Of a stretch of 64,000 bases of DNA, positions 50,419 to 58,543 are shown in pieces. How positions within the stretch are numbered: the stretch's first letter is position 1; each line of letters begins with the position of its first letter. The notes below the pieces were generated by a model. The model saw only the letters and a list, made by a program, of their open reading frames with translations, was not told the origin of the DNA and did not search any database. The DNA comes from an uncultured Planctomycetia bacterium (GTDB lineage Bacteria; Omnitrophota; Gorgyraeia; Tantalellales; Tantalellaceae). The stretch is taken from assembly GCA_964409365.1 (NCBI GenBank), contig CAYPCX010000001.1:684-64683 (forward strand), read 5' to 3'. Position numbers and translations under genes: made by a program.

Positions 50419-51971
50419 AGATGAACCACAAGATAATTGTAGCGATTTTTTTTACGGCATATCTGTTCATCGGGGTATGCGCGGTCGGTGACTACGGCAT
50501 ATCATGGGACGATCCTATCACCAGGATCGCCGGTGTAGTGACGTATGAATATGTTTTCCGCGGCGAGGAGGCGCTTTTTTCCTTCAGCGACAGGTTCCAC
50601 GGAACGGCGTTCGAACTGCCGTTGTATGCGGTCGAAAAAGCGTTCAACCTGACAAGAGACCCCCGGCTTGTCTACCTCGCGAGGCATTTTATCACTTTTC
50701 TTTTGTTCTTCCTGGGCGTCATTTTCTTTTATAAGCTTTGCCGGGACAGGTTCCGGAGCTGGAAGATGGGACTTCTGGGAAGCCTTTTCCTGGTGCTAAG
50801 CCCGAGGATATTCGCGCATTCGTTCTATAACTCGAAGGATATAGCGTTCCTGGCGGTGTTCATCATAAGCGTGTACACGCTTATCAGGTTTTTGCGGAAG
50901 AAAAGCTTTTCCGCGGCGGTCTGCCACGCGCTGGCCTGCGCGTACCTGATAGATATCCGTGTCGCCGGGATCATGGTCCCGGTATTGACGGTGCTTTTCC
51001 TGGTCCTCGACGCGGCGGTCGCCGGGAAAGGGGATCTGAAGGCCAGAGATACGGTCTTGAGCTTTTTGGTGTACGCGGTATGTCTTACGGGGTTTACCGT
51101 GCTTTTCTGGCCTTTCCTCTGGAGGGATCCGGTCCGGAACTTTTTAGGGACGATAAGCCATATGAGCCGCTATCCCTGGCCGGGCACGGTCCTGTACCTG
51201 GGCCAGTACCTGAAAGCCACGGAACTTCCCTGGCATTATGTTCCCGTATGGATGGGTATTACTACGCCCGTAGTGTACATCGCGTGTTTCATCGCGGGAT
51301 GTTTCGCGACGGGCAGGTCTTTTTTCAGGACCCCGAGACAGTACTATACCGGGAATAAACTCGACCTCATATGTGTTTTGTGGTTCTTTGTCCCTATCGT
51401 GATGGTGATAGTGTTAAGGTCGGTCCTGTATGACGGATGGCGCCAGATGTTCTTTATATATCCCGCGTTCCTTATGATCGCCTTGGCCGGTCTTAAGGCC
51501 GTTTTTGAGTATGCCGGGACCGGCATTAGGGGCCTGGGGGGCAGGATCGCAAGGGCGGCTGTTATCCTGGCCGTAGCATCCGGCCTGGCTGTGACGGCCG
51601 TATCCATGATACAATACCATCCTTACCAGAACGTCTATTTTAACGGGTTGATGGATTTGGATAAGGAAAGTGCATTTAAGGATCTTGACCTGGATTACTG
51701 GGGCCTCTCTTACAGAAAAGGCCTGGAATATATCTTAAAGAACGATAAGGATGAGGCAATAAAGATCTGTGTTGCGAATCCGCCCGGCGTGTATAATGCC
51801 GACATCCTGCATTCGGATGAACGGAAAAGATTGCAGTATATGGAAAGGGCAAGCGGGGCAAAATACTTTTTGACCAATCACAGGTGGCACAGGGAAGAGT
51901 ATCCGTACGAGGAATATTATACGATCAAGCCCGGCGGGGTGAAGATCATGACGGTATATAAGACAGAATAG
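50415..51971 (+). CDS. GT-C fold (ArnT/PMT-like) membrane glycosyltransferase
   Basis: DYGISWDD, PRIFAHSFYNSKD, PWHY.P.W, YDGWR, DYWG; many TM segments. Confidence 0.8.
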   Translation: MKMNHKIIVAIFFTAYLFIGVCAVGDYGISWDDPITRIAGVVTYEYVFRGEEALFSFSDRFHGTAFELPLYAVEKAFNLTRDPRLVYLARHFITFLLFFLGVIFFYKLCRDRFRSWKMGLLGSLFLVLSPRIFAHSFYNSKDIAFLAVFIISVYTLIRFLRKKSFSAAVCHALACAYLIDIRVAGIMVPVLTVLFLVLDAAVAGKGDLKARDTVLSFLVYAVCLTGFTVLFWPFLWRDPVRNFLGTISHMSRYPWPGTVLYLGQYLKATELPWHYVPVWMGITTPVVYIACFIAGCFATGRSFFRTPRQYYTGNKLDLICVLWFFVPIVMVIVLRSVLYDGWRQMFFIYPAFLMIALAGLKAVFEYAGTGIRGLGGRIARAAVILAVASGLAVTAVSMIQYHPYQNVYFNGLMDLDKESAFKDLDLDYWGLSYRKGLEYILKNDKDEAIKICVANPPGVYNADILHSDERKRLQYMERASGAKYFLTNHRWHREEYPYEEYYTIKPGGVKIMTVYKTE

Positions 51972-51982
51972 AGAGAGTTTAC

Positions 51983-52231
51983 ATGGCCGGTCATTATGTG
52001 TATATTGTAGAGTGTGCCAAAGGGACATATTATACAGGTTACACGAACGACCTGAAAAAGAGGGTTAGACTGCACAATAAGGGAAAGGGTGCGAAATATC
52101 TGAGGGGAAGGGCGCCCGTGAAACTGGTCTATTCTAAAAAATACAGGACACTCGGCTCTGCCCTGCGCGCCGAAGGGGAGATAAAAGGCTTTACCCGCGA
52201 GCAGAAAGAAAAACTCGTAACAGGAAAATGA
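51983..52231 (+). CDS. GIY-YIG nuclease (UPF0213 type)
   Basis: YVYIVEC..GTYYTGYTNDL.KR...HN.GKGAKY.R. Confidence 0.92.
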   Translation: MAGHYVYIVECAKGTYYTGYTNDLKKRVRLHNKGKGAKYLRGRAPVKLVYSKKYRTLGSALRAEGEIKGFTREQKEKLVTGK

Positions 52232-52232
52232 C

Positions 52233-52625
52233 ATGGGAAAAAGGTTTGGCACGGCTATAAATTGTATCGATGGGCGGGTTCAAAGACCCGTAATGGAGTT
52301 CGTAATAGAAAAATTCGGGGTCGATCATGTCGATATGATAACCGAACCCGGCCCGGATAAGACCTTAAGCGAGAATAAAGCCTTCGATATCATCACCTCG
52401 GTAAAAAAACGCGTATCGATCTCTGTTGAAAAACACGGGTCGAAGAATATTATCATAGCGGGACACCATGATTGCGCCGCGAACCCGGCCACTGAAGAAG
52501 AACACCGCAGGCAGATCAGCCAGGCCGTGAAGAACATAAAGACATGGAATTTAGGGGTCGATGTCCACGGCGTGTGGGTGGATAAAGACTGGAAAGCTGT
52601 TTTACTGTCAGAAACGGAAGTGTGA
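52233..52625 (+). CDS. Putative beta-type carbonic anhydrase-like protein
   Basis: NCIDGR and HHDCAAN zinc-ligand motifs. Confidence 0.75.
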   Translation: MGKRFGTAINCIDGRVQRPVMEFVIEKFGVDHVDMITEPGPDKTLSENKAFDIITSVKKRVSISVEKHGSKNIIIAGHHDCAANPATEEEHRRQISQAVKNIKTWNLGVDVHGVWVDKDWKAVLLSETEV

Positions 52626-52626
52626 A

Positions 52627-53670
52627 ATGGTGAAGAAACCGTCCAAGGAATACGAGGTCGGTGATAAGACCGTAGATAGCCTGATAGACGAGCTTGCCAA
52701 AAGATCAGGTTCCGCCGGGACCGAAAGCCTTTTGCGTGAAATCCTCACGACTGTCATCAAGCTGGGTCTGGAGTCCAGCGATAAAGGGGATCTCAAGCTT
52801 GCGAACAACACATTGAAGGAACTGAGGTATTCTTTCAAGATATTTTCTCCGTATAGGACCATCAAAAAGGTGGTGGTCTTCGGGTCGGCGAGGTCGAAAA
52901 AGGGATCGGCCGAATACAAAATGGCCGAGGAATTCACGAGGAAACTGACGGAGAAGGGTTACATGATCGTGACCGGGGGCGGTTCCGGTGTCATGGAGGC
53001 CGGCAATAAAGGAGCCGAACCCGGGAAAGAGTTCGCGTTGAATATCCGGCTTCCTTTCGAACAGGAATCCAATCCATATATAGACGAAAAAGATAAAATT
53101 ATCAATTTTAAATATTTTTTCACCAGAAAGCTGATCTTTATTAAAGAGACCGACGCGACCGCCCTTTTTCCGGGGGGATTCGGCACGCATGATGAAGGCT
53201 TCGAAATGCTCACCCTGATCCAGACCGGGAAATCCAGGCCCCGGCCCATAGTTTTAATGGAGCCGGAAGGTTCGACATACTGGACCGCGTGGAAGCGTTT
53301 TGTGAGTAGCCAGTTGGCCAAGAACGGATTTATTAAAAAAGAAGATTTCAACCTGTTTCGCATCGTAAAGAGCGTCGACGAAGCGGTTGAATATATAGAG
53401 GATTTCTATAAGATATACCACTCGATAAGGTATGTCTCGGGCCTGACCGTATTGAGGCTGAACAGGAATATCTCGGAGAGAACATTAAATTCTATAAATA
53501 CAGAATTTAAGGATATTTTGACGAGCGGCCGGATCGAGCTTTCTTCTCCGACAAAGGAAGAGGTCCAAAAAGGAGAATATCCCGACCTGCCCAGGCTCGT
53601 AATGAACTTCAACCTGCGCGATTACGGCAGGCTTCTCGAGATGATCCGGGTGATAAACAGGGATGAATAA
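52627..53670 (+). CDS. LOG-family (TIGR00730-like) nucleotide phosphoribohydrolase
   Basis: FGSAR, TGGG.G.MEA.N.GA, LPFEQ..N, F.YFFTRK, PGGFGT.DE. Confidence 0.9.
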   Translation: MVKKPSKEYEVGDKTVDSLIDELAKRSGSAGTESLLREILTTVIKLGLESSDKGDLKLANNTLKELRYSFKIFSPYRTIKKVVVFGSARSKKGSAEYKMAEEFTRKLTEKGYMIVTGGGSGVMEAGNKGAEPGKEFALNIRLPFEQESNPYIDEKDKIINFKYFFTRKLIFIKETDATALFPGGFGTHDEGFEMLTLIQTGKSRPRPIVLMEPEGSTYWTAWKRFVSSQLAKNGFIKKEDFNLFRIVKSVDEAVEYIEDFYKIYHSIRYVSGLTVLRLNRNISERTLNSINTEFKDILTSGRIELSSPTKEEVQKGEYPDLPRLVMNFNLRDYGRLLEMIRVINRDE

Positions 53671-53676
53671 AGATCC

Positions 53677-53748
53677 ATGAAAAACGTTTTTGTAAGGACT
53701 TTCGAGCGAACATTGGTGTCACTGGCGCGAGATGATTTCAGAGTTGTT
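53677..53748 (+). repeat. miaB-5'-like att-type site, copy A
   Basis: ATG AAA AAC GTT TTT GTA AGG ACT TTC GAG CGA ACA TTG GTG TCA CTG GCG CGA GAT GAT; aligns without gaps to copy D, and to copy B once its insert is removed. Confidence 0.7.
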
Positions 53749-53771
53749 GAGAAAAATTCAGGAGGTTTAAT

Positions 53772-54308
53772 ATGATGCCGGCCGGTCCGTTGATGAAAGA
53801 ACACAGGCTTATAGAACGCATGATAAGGATAATGAAGACCGAACTGGAAAATACAAGAAAAGAGCAAGATATCGACCCGTTATTTGTTGATATTGTCGTG
53901 GATTTCATAAGGACGTATGCCGATAGATGTCATCACGGGAAAGAGGAGGATATTTTATTCAGGGACCTCGCGAAGAAGAAGTTGTCCGATGAGCATAAGA
54001 GGATCGTGAAAGAGCTTATAGAAGAGCATGAAATGGGCAGGAATAATGTAAAAAAGCTCATTGAAGCAAAAGAAAATTATGTCCAAGGCGATAAAGAGGC
54101 ATTAGAGGACATCGTAAAGAATATGGAGGCACTGGTCAAGTTCTATCCGATCCATATCGAAAAGGAGGATGAACACTTTTTTATCCCTTGCATGGATTAT
54201 TTTACAGATGAAGAAAAAGACACCATGTTAAAAGAGATGTGGGAATTTGATAAAAATATGATCCACGAGAAATATACTAAAGTAGTTGAAGAATACGAGG
54301 AAAAATAA
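53772..54308 (+). CDS. Hemerythrin / HHE cation-binding domain protein
   Basis: LM.EH..I, HH.KEE.ILF, EH..GR, HI.KED..F motifs. Confidence 0.88.
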   Translation: MMPAGPLMKEHRLIERMIRIMKTELENTRKEQDIDPLFVDIVVDFIRTYADRCHHGKEEDILFRDLAKKKLSDEHKRIVKELIEEHEMGRNNVKKLIEAKENYVQGDKEALEDIVKNMEALVKFYPIHIEKEDEHFFIPCMDYFTDEEKDTMLKEMWEFDKNMIHEKYTKVVEEYEEK

Positions 54309-54320
54309 AGGATACCGGAT

Positions 54321-54626
54321 ATGCAGGTCTTAGCGCTCAAGGAAATGGTTGGATACCAAGACGGATCTATTGTAAGCAAAGAGATAATAAAAAAGGAGTC
54401 AGGAACAGTGACGCTCTTCGCTTTTGATAAAGGGCAGGGATTGAGTGAGCACACGGCTCCTTTTAATGCTTTGGTTAACGTGCTTGATGGCGAGGCAGAG
54501 GTCAGAATAACAGGTAAGCCATTTGTGGTAAAAGCAGGAGAAATGATAATAATGCCTGCTAATGAACCTCATTCCATACAGGCAACAGAAAAATTTAAAA
54601 TGTTGTTAGTTCTGATTAAAAAATGA
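54321..54626 (+). CDS. Cupin-domain protein
   Basis: TLFAFDKGQGLSEHTAPF, MPANEPH. Confidence 0.9.
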   Translation: MQVLALKEMVGYQDGSIVSKEIIKKESGTVTLFAFDKGQGLSEHTAPFNALVNVLDGEAEVRITGKPFVVKAGEMIIMPANEPHSIQATEKFKMLLVLIKK

Positions 54627-55147
54627 GCAAGAAAGTGATGACGACAAAACAGCATTATCAATGTTCACGTTGCCGGAGAAAGGTCATAGAGGATAAGGTA
54701 TGTATTATCGACAACAAGCCGGTGTGCCTGACCTGCATTTACGGCAGATCAAAGCCGTTCAAGATCTACCCGATAGGTACGGTCCATAATAACCTTAAAC
54801 GGGCGGCATCCGGATTCGGGACCGCAGGAGAAAGGGGCGTATCCTGCATCGAACTTTTAGACTCTCAAAAACCGTTCATGTTCAAGGTGGAGGATGAGAG
54901 GTATTTAACCATTGTTTATTATCTGCATGAGGCCGATAAAGTGCGTTCCGTGTTCAGGAGGGGCTTGGACGGCAAAAAAGTAGGTGTCTTTGCTTCAAGG
55001 ACCCCTTACAGGTTGTCCAGGATAGCGATACAGGATGTCCGCCTGGTCGGGGTGGATGGGTCAAAGCTTTATGTGGAGGGGTTGGACGCTGTTAACGGCA
55101 GCCCTGTGCTGGATATAAAAATGAAATGGGGAGGTATAAGTGGATAA
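54623..55147 (+). CDS. TsaA/TrmO-like SAM-binding protein with an N-terminal Zn-ribbon
   Basis: CSRC..CLTC, then PIG.V, GVFASR.P.R, GLDAVNGSPVLDIK. Confidence 0.82.
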   Translation: MSKKVMTTKQHYQCSRCRRKVIEDKVCIIDNKPVCLTCIYGRSKPFKIYPIGTVHNNLKRAASGFGTAGERGVSCIELLDSQKPFMFKVEDERYLTIVYYLHEADKVRSVFRRGLDGKKVGVFASRTPYRLSRIAIQDVRLVGVDGSKLYVEGLDAVNGSPVLDIKMKWGGISG

Positions 55148-56486
55148 AAAAACGGATATTCTGATAGTGGGTGCGGGGCCTGCGGGGATGGTCAGCGCTG
55201 TAACGGCGCGAAAATATTATCCCGATAAAAAGATCGTGGTTTTAAAGAACATAGAGAACGGGGTTATACCTTGCGGAATACCCTATATGTTTTCAAGTTT
55301 ACAGGACCCCGAGGACAATAAACTGGGTACGGCACCTCTGGAAAAACTCGGGATCGAAGTTATACTGGACGAGGTGGTCAGGATAGACAGGGCGCGGAAA
55401 AAGGTCGAAGGAGGGTCGGGAATCGAATATTCTTATGAAAAGATAGTCCTTGCCTCAGGATCTCATCCCATTGTGCCGGGGATACCGGGAATAGACAAAA
55501 AAGGGATCTTCTCCGCTTACAAGGATATGAGTTACCTGAAACCGTCCATAGAAGAGATCAAAAAAGGCAAGAACGTGCTGATACTCGGGGGCGGTTTTAT
55601 AGGAGTGGAATTCGCGGACGAGATCTCAAAAATAACGGGGATGAAGGTCCATTTGGTGGAATTATTGCCCCACCTTTTGGCGCACTCGTTTGATAAAGAA
55701 TTTTCCGATTTGGTCGAAGAAAAATTGAGATCAAAAGGCGTCAATATTTTGCTGAATAAGTGCGTTGTTGAATTTCTGGGAAAAGAAAGGGTAGAAGCGG
55801 CTCGTTTTGAGAATGCTGAAGAGATAGCAGTCGACAGCGTTGTCCTGGGGATCGGCGCCGAACCCAACACGGATCTAGCCAGGGAGGCGGGACTGGATCT
55901 TGGCAAAGGGAAAGGTATATGGGTGGACGAGTACATGCGGACGGTCGATCCCGATATTTTCGCCGTGGGTGATTGCGCCGGAAAGAGAGATTTTTACACT
56001 CGCAAGGACGCGCCTGTTATGCTTGCGTCTACCGCGACCGCGGAGGCAAGGATAGCCGGGGCAAATCTGTATCAGCTTAAGGTCATAAGGGAGAACAAGG
56101 GCACGATCGCCATATATTCCACTTATGTTGATGGTTTGGCCATGGGATCGGCCGGCCTTACCGAAAACAGCGCGAAAAAAGAGGGGTTTGAGATAATAAC
56201 GGGAAGCACCGAAGGTGTCGACAAGCATCCCAAAAATCTCCCGGGTGTAAACAAGGTCAAGGTTAAATTGATCTTTTCCAAGCAGTCGGGGATACTTATG
56301 GGCGGCCAGGCGGCCGGCGGTATTTCGGCCGGAGAGACCATAAACGTTATAGGTCTTGCTATCCAGCAGAGGATATCAGTTACCGAACTTGAGACGCTGC
56401 AAATGGCCACGCATCCTTATTTAACGAGCGCGCCCACCATGTACCCGATAGTCCTGGCGGCGCAGGACGCTTCCGGTAAAATGTGA
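55140..56486 (+). CDS. NADH oxidase / CoA-disulfide reductase-family flavoprotein
   Basis: GAGPAG, PCGIPY (redox Cys), GGGFIGVE, FAVGDCA, dimerisation domain with HP. Confidence 0.9.
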   Translation: MDKKTDILIVGAGPAGMVSAVTARKYYPDKKIVVLKNIENGVIPCGIPYMFSSLQDPEDNKLGTAPLEKLGIEVILDEVVRIDRARKKVEGGSGIEYSYEKIVLASGSHPIVPGIPGIDKKGIFSAYKDMSYLKPSIEEIKKGKNVLILGGGFIGVEFADEISKITGMKVHLVELLPHLLAHSFDKEFSDLVEEKLRSKGVNILLNKCVVEFLGKERVEAARFENAEEIAVDSVVLGIGAEPNTDLAREAGLDLGKGKGIWVDEYMRTVDPDIFAVGDCAGKRDFYTRKDAPVMLASTATAEARIAGANLYQLKVIRENKGTIAIYSTYVDGLAMGSAGLTENSAKKEGFEIITGSTEGVDKHPKNLPGVNKVKVKLIFSKQSGILMGGQAAGGISAGETINVIGLAIQQRISVTELETLQMATHPYLTSAPTMYPIVLAAQDASGKM

Positions 56487-56499
56487 TCAGGGGCACAAG

Positions 56500-56624
56500 T
56501 TGCAAAAAAAGTTTTTATCCGGATCTTCGGCTGACCGTTGGTTACCCTCCTCCGCCTTCCGGTTCGTGCGCCGTGGCATGGCTGCGGAGGACAGGCACTG
56601 GCGCGGGATGATATTATGGTTGTT
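56500..56624 (+). repeat. miaB-5'-like att-type site, copy B, carrying a 51-bp palindromic insert (56545-56595)
   Basis: AAA AAA GTT TTT ATC CGG ATC TTC GGC TGA CCG TTG GTT A[insert]CA CTG GCG CGG GAT GAT. Confidence 0.8.
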
Positions 56625-56701
56625 ACGTAAACCGAATCAAGCTTAGGATAATGAGGGAAAGATAAGATGATCCTCGGATCGCTGAATTGCAAAAATTATT
56701 A

Positions 56702-56729
56702 TTGACACATATTCTTCAAGTGCTAAACT
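56702..56729 (+). promoter_or_regulatory. Candidate sigma70 promoter
   Basis: TTGACA-N16-TAAACT with TG extension. Confidence 0.45.
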
Positions 56730-56837
56730 GATATCATGTCTCAGATGGGGAGGGGAGATATGGTGCAGGTTTTTGTATGACTGGGGTATGATATGAAGGC
56801 AACTTCTTTAACGGAGAGGAGTTGTCTTTTTTATTTA

Positions 56838-57053
56838 ATGAAGCAGGATATGCAAGAAAACATAATGGAGCAGGATAAGGGGTTCGGGTTTCTCCTGGAT
56901 AAAATAAGGAGGAACAGGACCCGGTGACAGGCTATAAAGTAGGCTGTAACAGCTATGTCCGCAAGCCGGTCGAATTCGATGCTTTCGTCAATACGGTAAA
57001 AAATGGAGCTATACTGGCTTTTCTTGAACGAACCGCCCATACTGGAGGATTGA
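56838..57053 (+). pseudogene. Joined remnants: CheR-like N-terminus and frameshifted Rcp1-type response-regulator C-terminus
   Basis: ..DKGFGFLLDKIRRNR*, then GYKVGCNSYVRKPVEFDAFVNTVK / LYWLFLNEPP* in a shifted frame. Confidence 0.65.
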
Positions 57054-57116
57054 GGGGAAAAGAGCGGATAGTTTTAAGTCATCCTGTATGTTATAGCTAA
57101 ATGGACGGAGGTCTTA

Positions 57117-58520
57117 ATGGGTAAACATTTGCGCGTGCTGATCGTCGAGGACTCGGAAAACGACGCTTTACTGAACGTGAGAGAGCTGGAAAAGAACGGA
57201 TACGAGGTCTTTTTCAGGCGTGTCGATACGGCAAAAGACATGGAGAAAGCCCTGCGCAGCGAGAAGTGGGATGCCATTCTTTCGGACTACAAGATGCTCG
57301 TTTTCAGCGCGCCCGCGGCGCTGGAACTCATGCAAAAAAAAGACCTGGACATCCCGTTCATCGTCATATCCGGCGCGGTAGGAGAAGATATGGCGACGGA
57401 GGTCATGAAGAGCGGGGCCGATGATTTTTTCGCGAAAGATAATATGGGACGTCTCGTCCCGGCCATCGAGCGCGAAGTGCAGGACGCCGAGCACCGCCGC
57501 AAGAGCAAAGAGGCCGAGAGGAGGTACTCGGTCCTTTTCGAAAAGGCCGCGGAGGGTATCATGGGCGGCGATATAGAGACCAAAAGGCTGATGTTCGCGA
57601 ACCCCGCGATGTGTGTTATGCTGGGCTATACGGAAGAAGAGATGAAAAAACTCAGCGTGCCGGATATCCACCCGAAGGAAGCTCTGGAGCACGTGATATC
57701 CGAGTTCGAAGCCCAGGCAATGGGTGAGAAAACGCTGGCTGTAGACCTGCCTTTCCTGCGCAAGGACAGAAGCGTCTTTTATGCGGATGTAAATACCGTG
57801 AAAGTGGAACTTGAAGGAAAATACCTTAACGTGGCCTTTGTGACCGATGTGACCGAACGGAAGAAGTCGGAAGACCAGATACGCCACCTCAACAGGGTCC
57901 TCAAGGCTATACGCGGCGTCAACCAGCTCATAACGAGGGAAAGAGACCCGGCAAAGCTCATAACCGATGTTTCGAAACACCTCAGGAAAACCGGGGGATA
58001 CAAGAACGTCTGGATAGCCCTTTTTGGCGAAAACGGCGGCTTGATGTCATTCGCCGGAGAAGAGGTGGAAAAGGATTTTCCCGGGGTCAAAAGAACGCTC
58101 GAGGAAGGCGGGCGCCTGAAATGCCAGGAGATGGCCTTGGAAAAAAAAGGCCTCGTCGAGATAGAAAAATCTCTGGAGACCTGTCCGGGATGTCCCATGT
58201 CCAGGAAAGACGCGAGAATGACAGCTTTTTGTGCGCCCATAGCCGATGACGGGAGGACATTCGGGACGATAACGGTTTCGATCCCGAAAGAAGTGACGCC
58301 CAGCGAGGAAGAACAGGGCATCTTCCGGGAACTGGTGAGAGACCTGTCGTACGCGCTTTCAGCCATAGAAATAGAGAAAGGGGTGCAAAAAATGCAGGAA
58401 GAAAGGGAAAAACACCTGCACGATCTCGAAGTGTTCTACGAGTCCGCCATGGGCAGGGAGGAACGTGTACTGGAGCTTAAGAAAGAAATCGAGGAGTTGA
58501 AACGGAAATTGGGAGAGTAG
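57117..58520 (+). CDS. REC-PAS-GAF signalling protein with no output domain
   Basis: LIVEDS, SDYKM, PAS (NPAMC.MLGY..EE), GAF-like region, C-terminal GREERVLELKKEIEEL. Confidence 0.85.
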   Translation: MGKHLRVLIVEDSENDALLNVRELEKNGYEVFFRRVDTAKDMEKALRSEKWDAILSDYKMLVFSAPAALELMQKKDLDIPFIVISGAVGEDMATEVMKSGADDFFAKDNMGRLVPAIEREVQDAEHRRKSKEAERRYSVLFEKAAEGIMGGDIETKRLMFANPAMCVMLGYTEEEMKKLSVPDIHPKEALEHVISEFEAQAMGEKTLAVDLPFLRKDRSVFYADVNTVKVELEGKYLNVAFVTDVTERKKSEDQIRHLNRVLKAIRGVNQLITRERDPAKLITDVSKHLRKTGGYKNVWIALFGENGGLMSFAGEEVEKDFPGVKRTLEEGGRLKCQEMALEKKGLVEIEKSLETCPGCPMSRKDARMTAFCAPIADDGRTFGTITVSIPKEVTPSEEEQGIFRELVRDLSYALSAIEIEKGVQKMQEEREKHLHDLEVFYESAMGREERVLELKKEIEELKRKLGE

Positions 58521-58543
58521 GGATCTAAGAATAGGAGAAGGGA

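Noticed and set aside
51983-52231. GIY-YIG protein as the mobiliser of the palindromic repeats
   Set aside because: It looks like a housekeeping UPF0213-type gene tightly packed in an operon, with no repeats flanking it.
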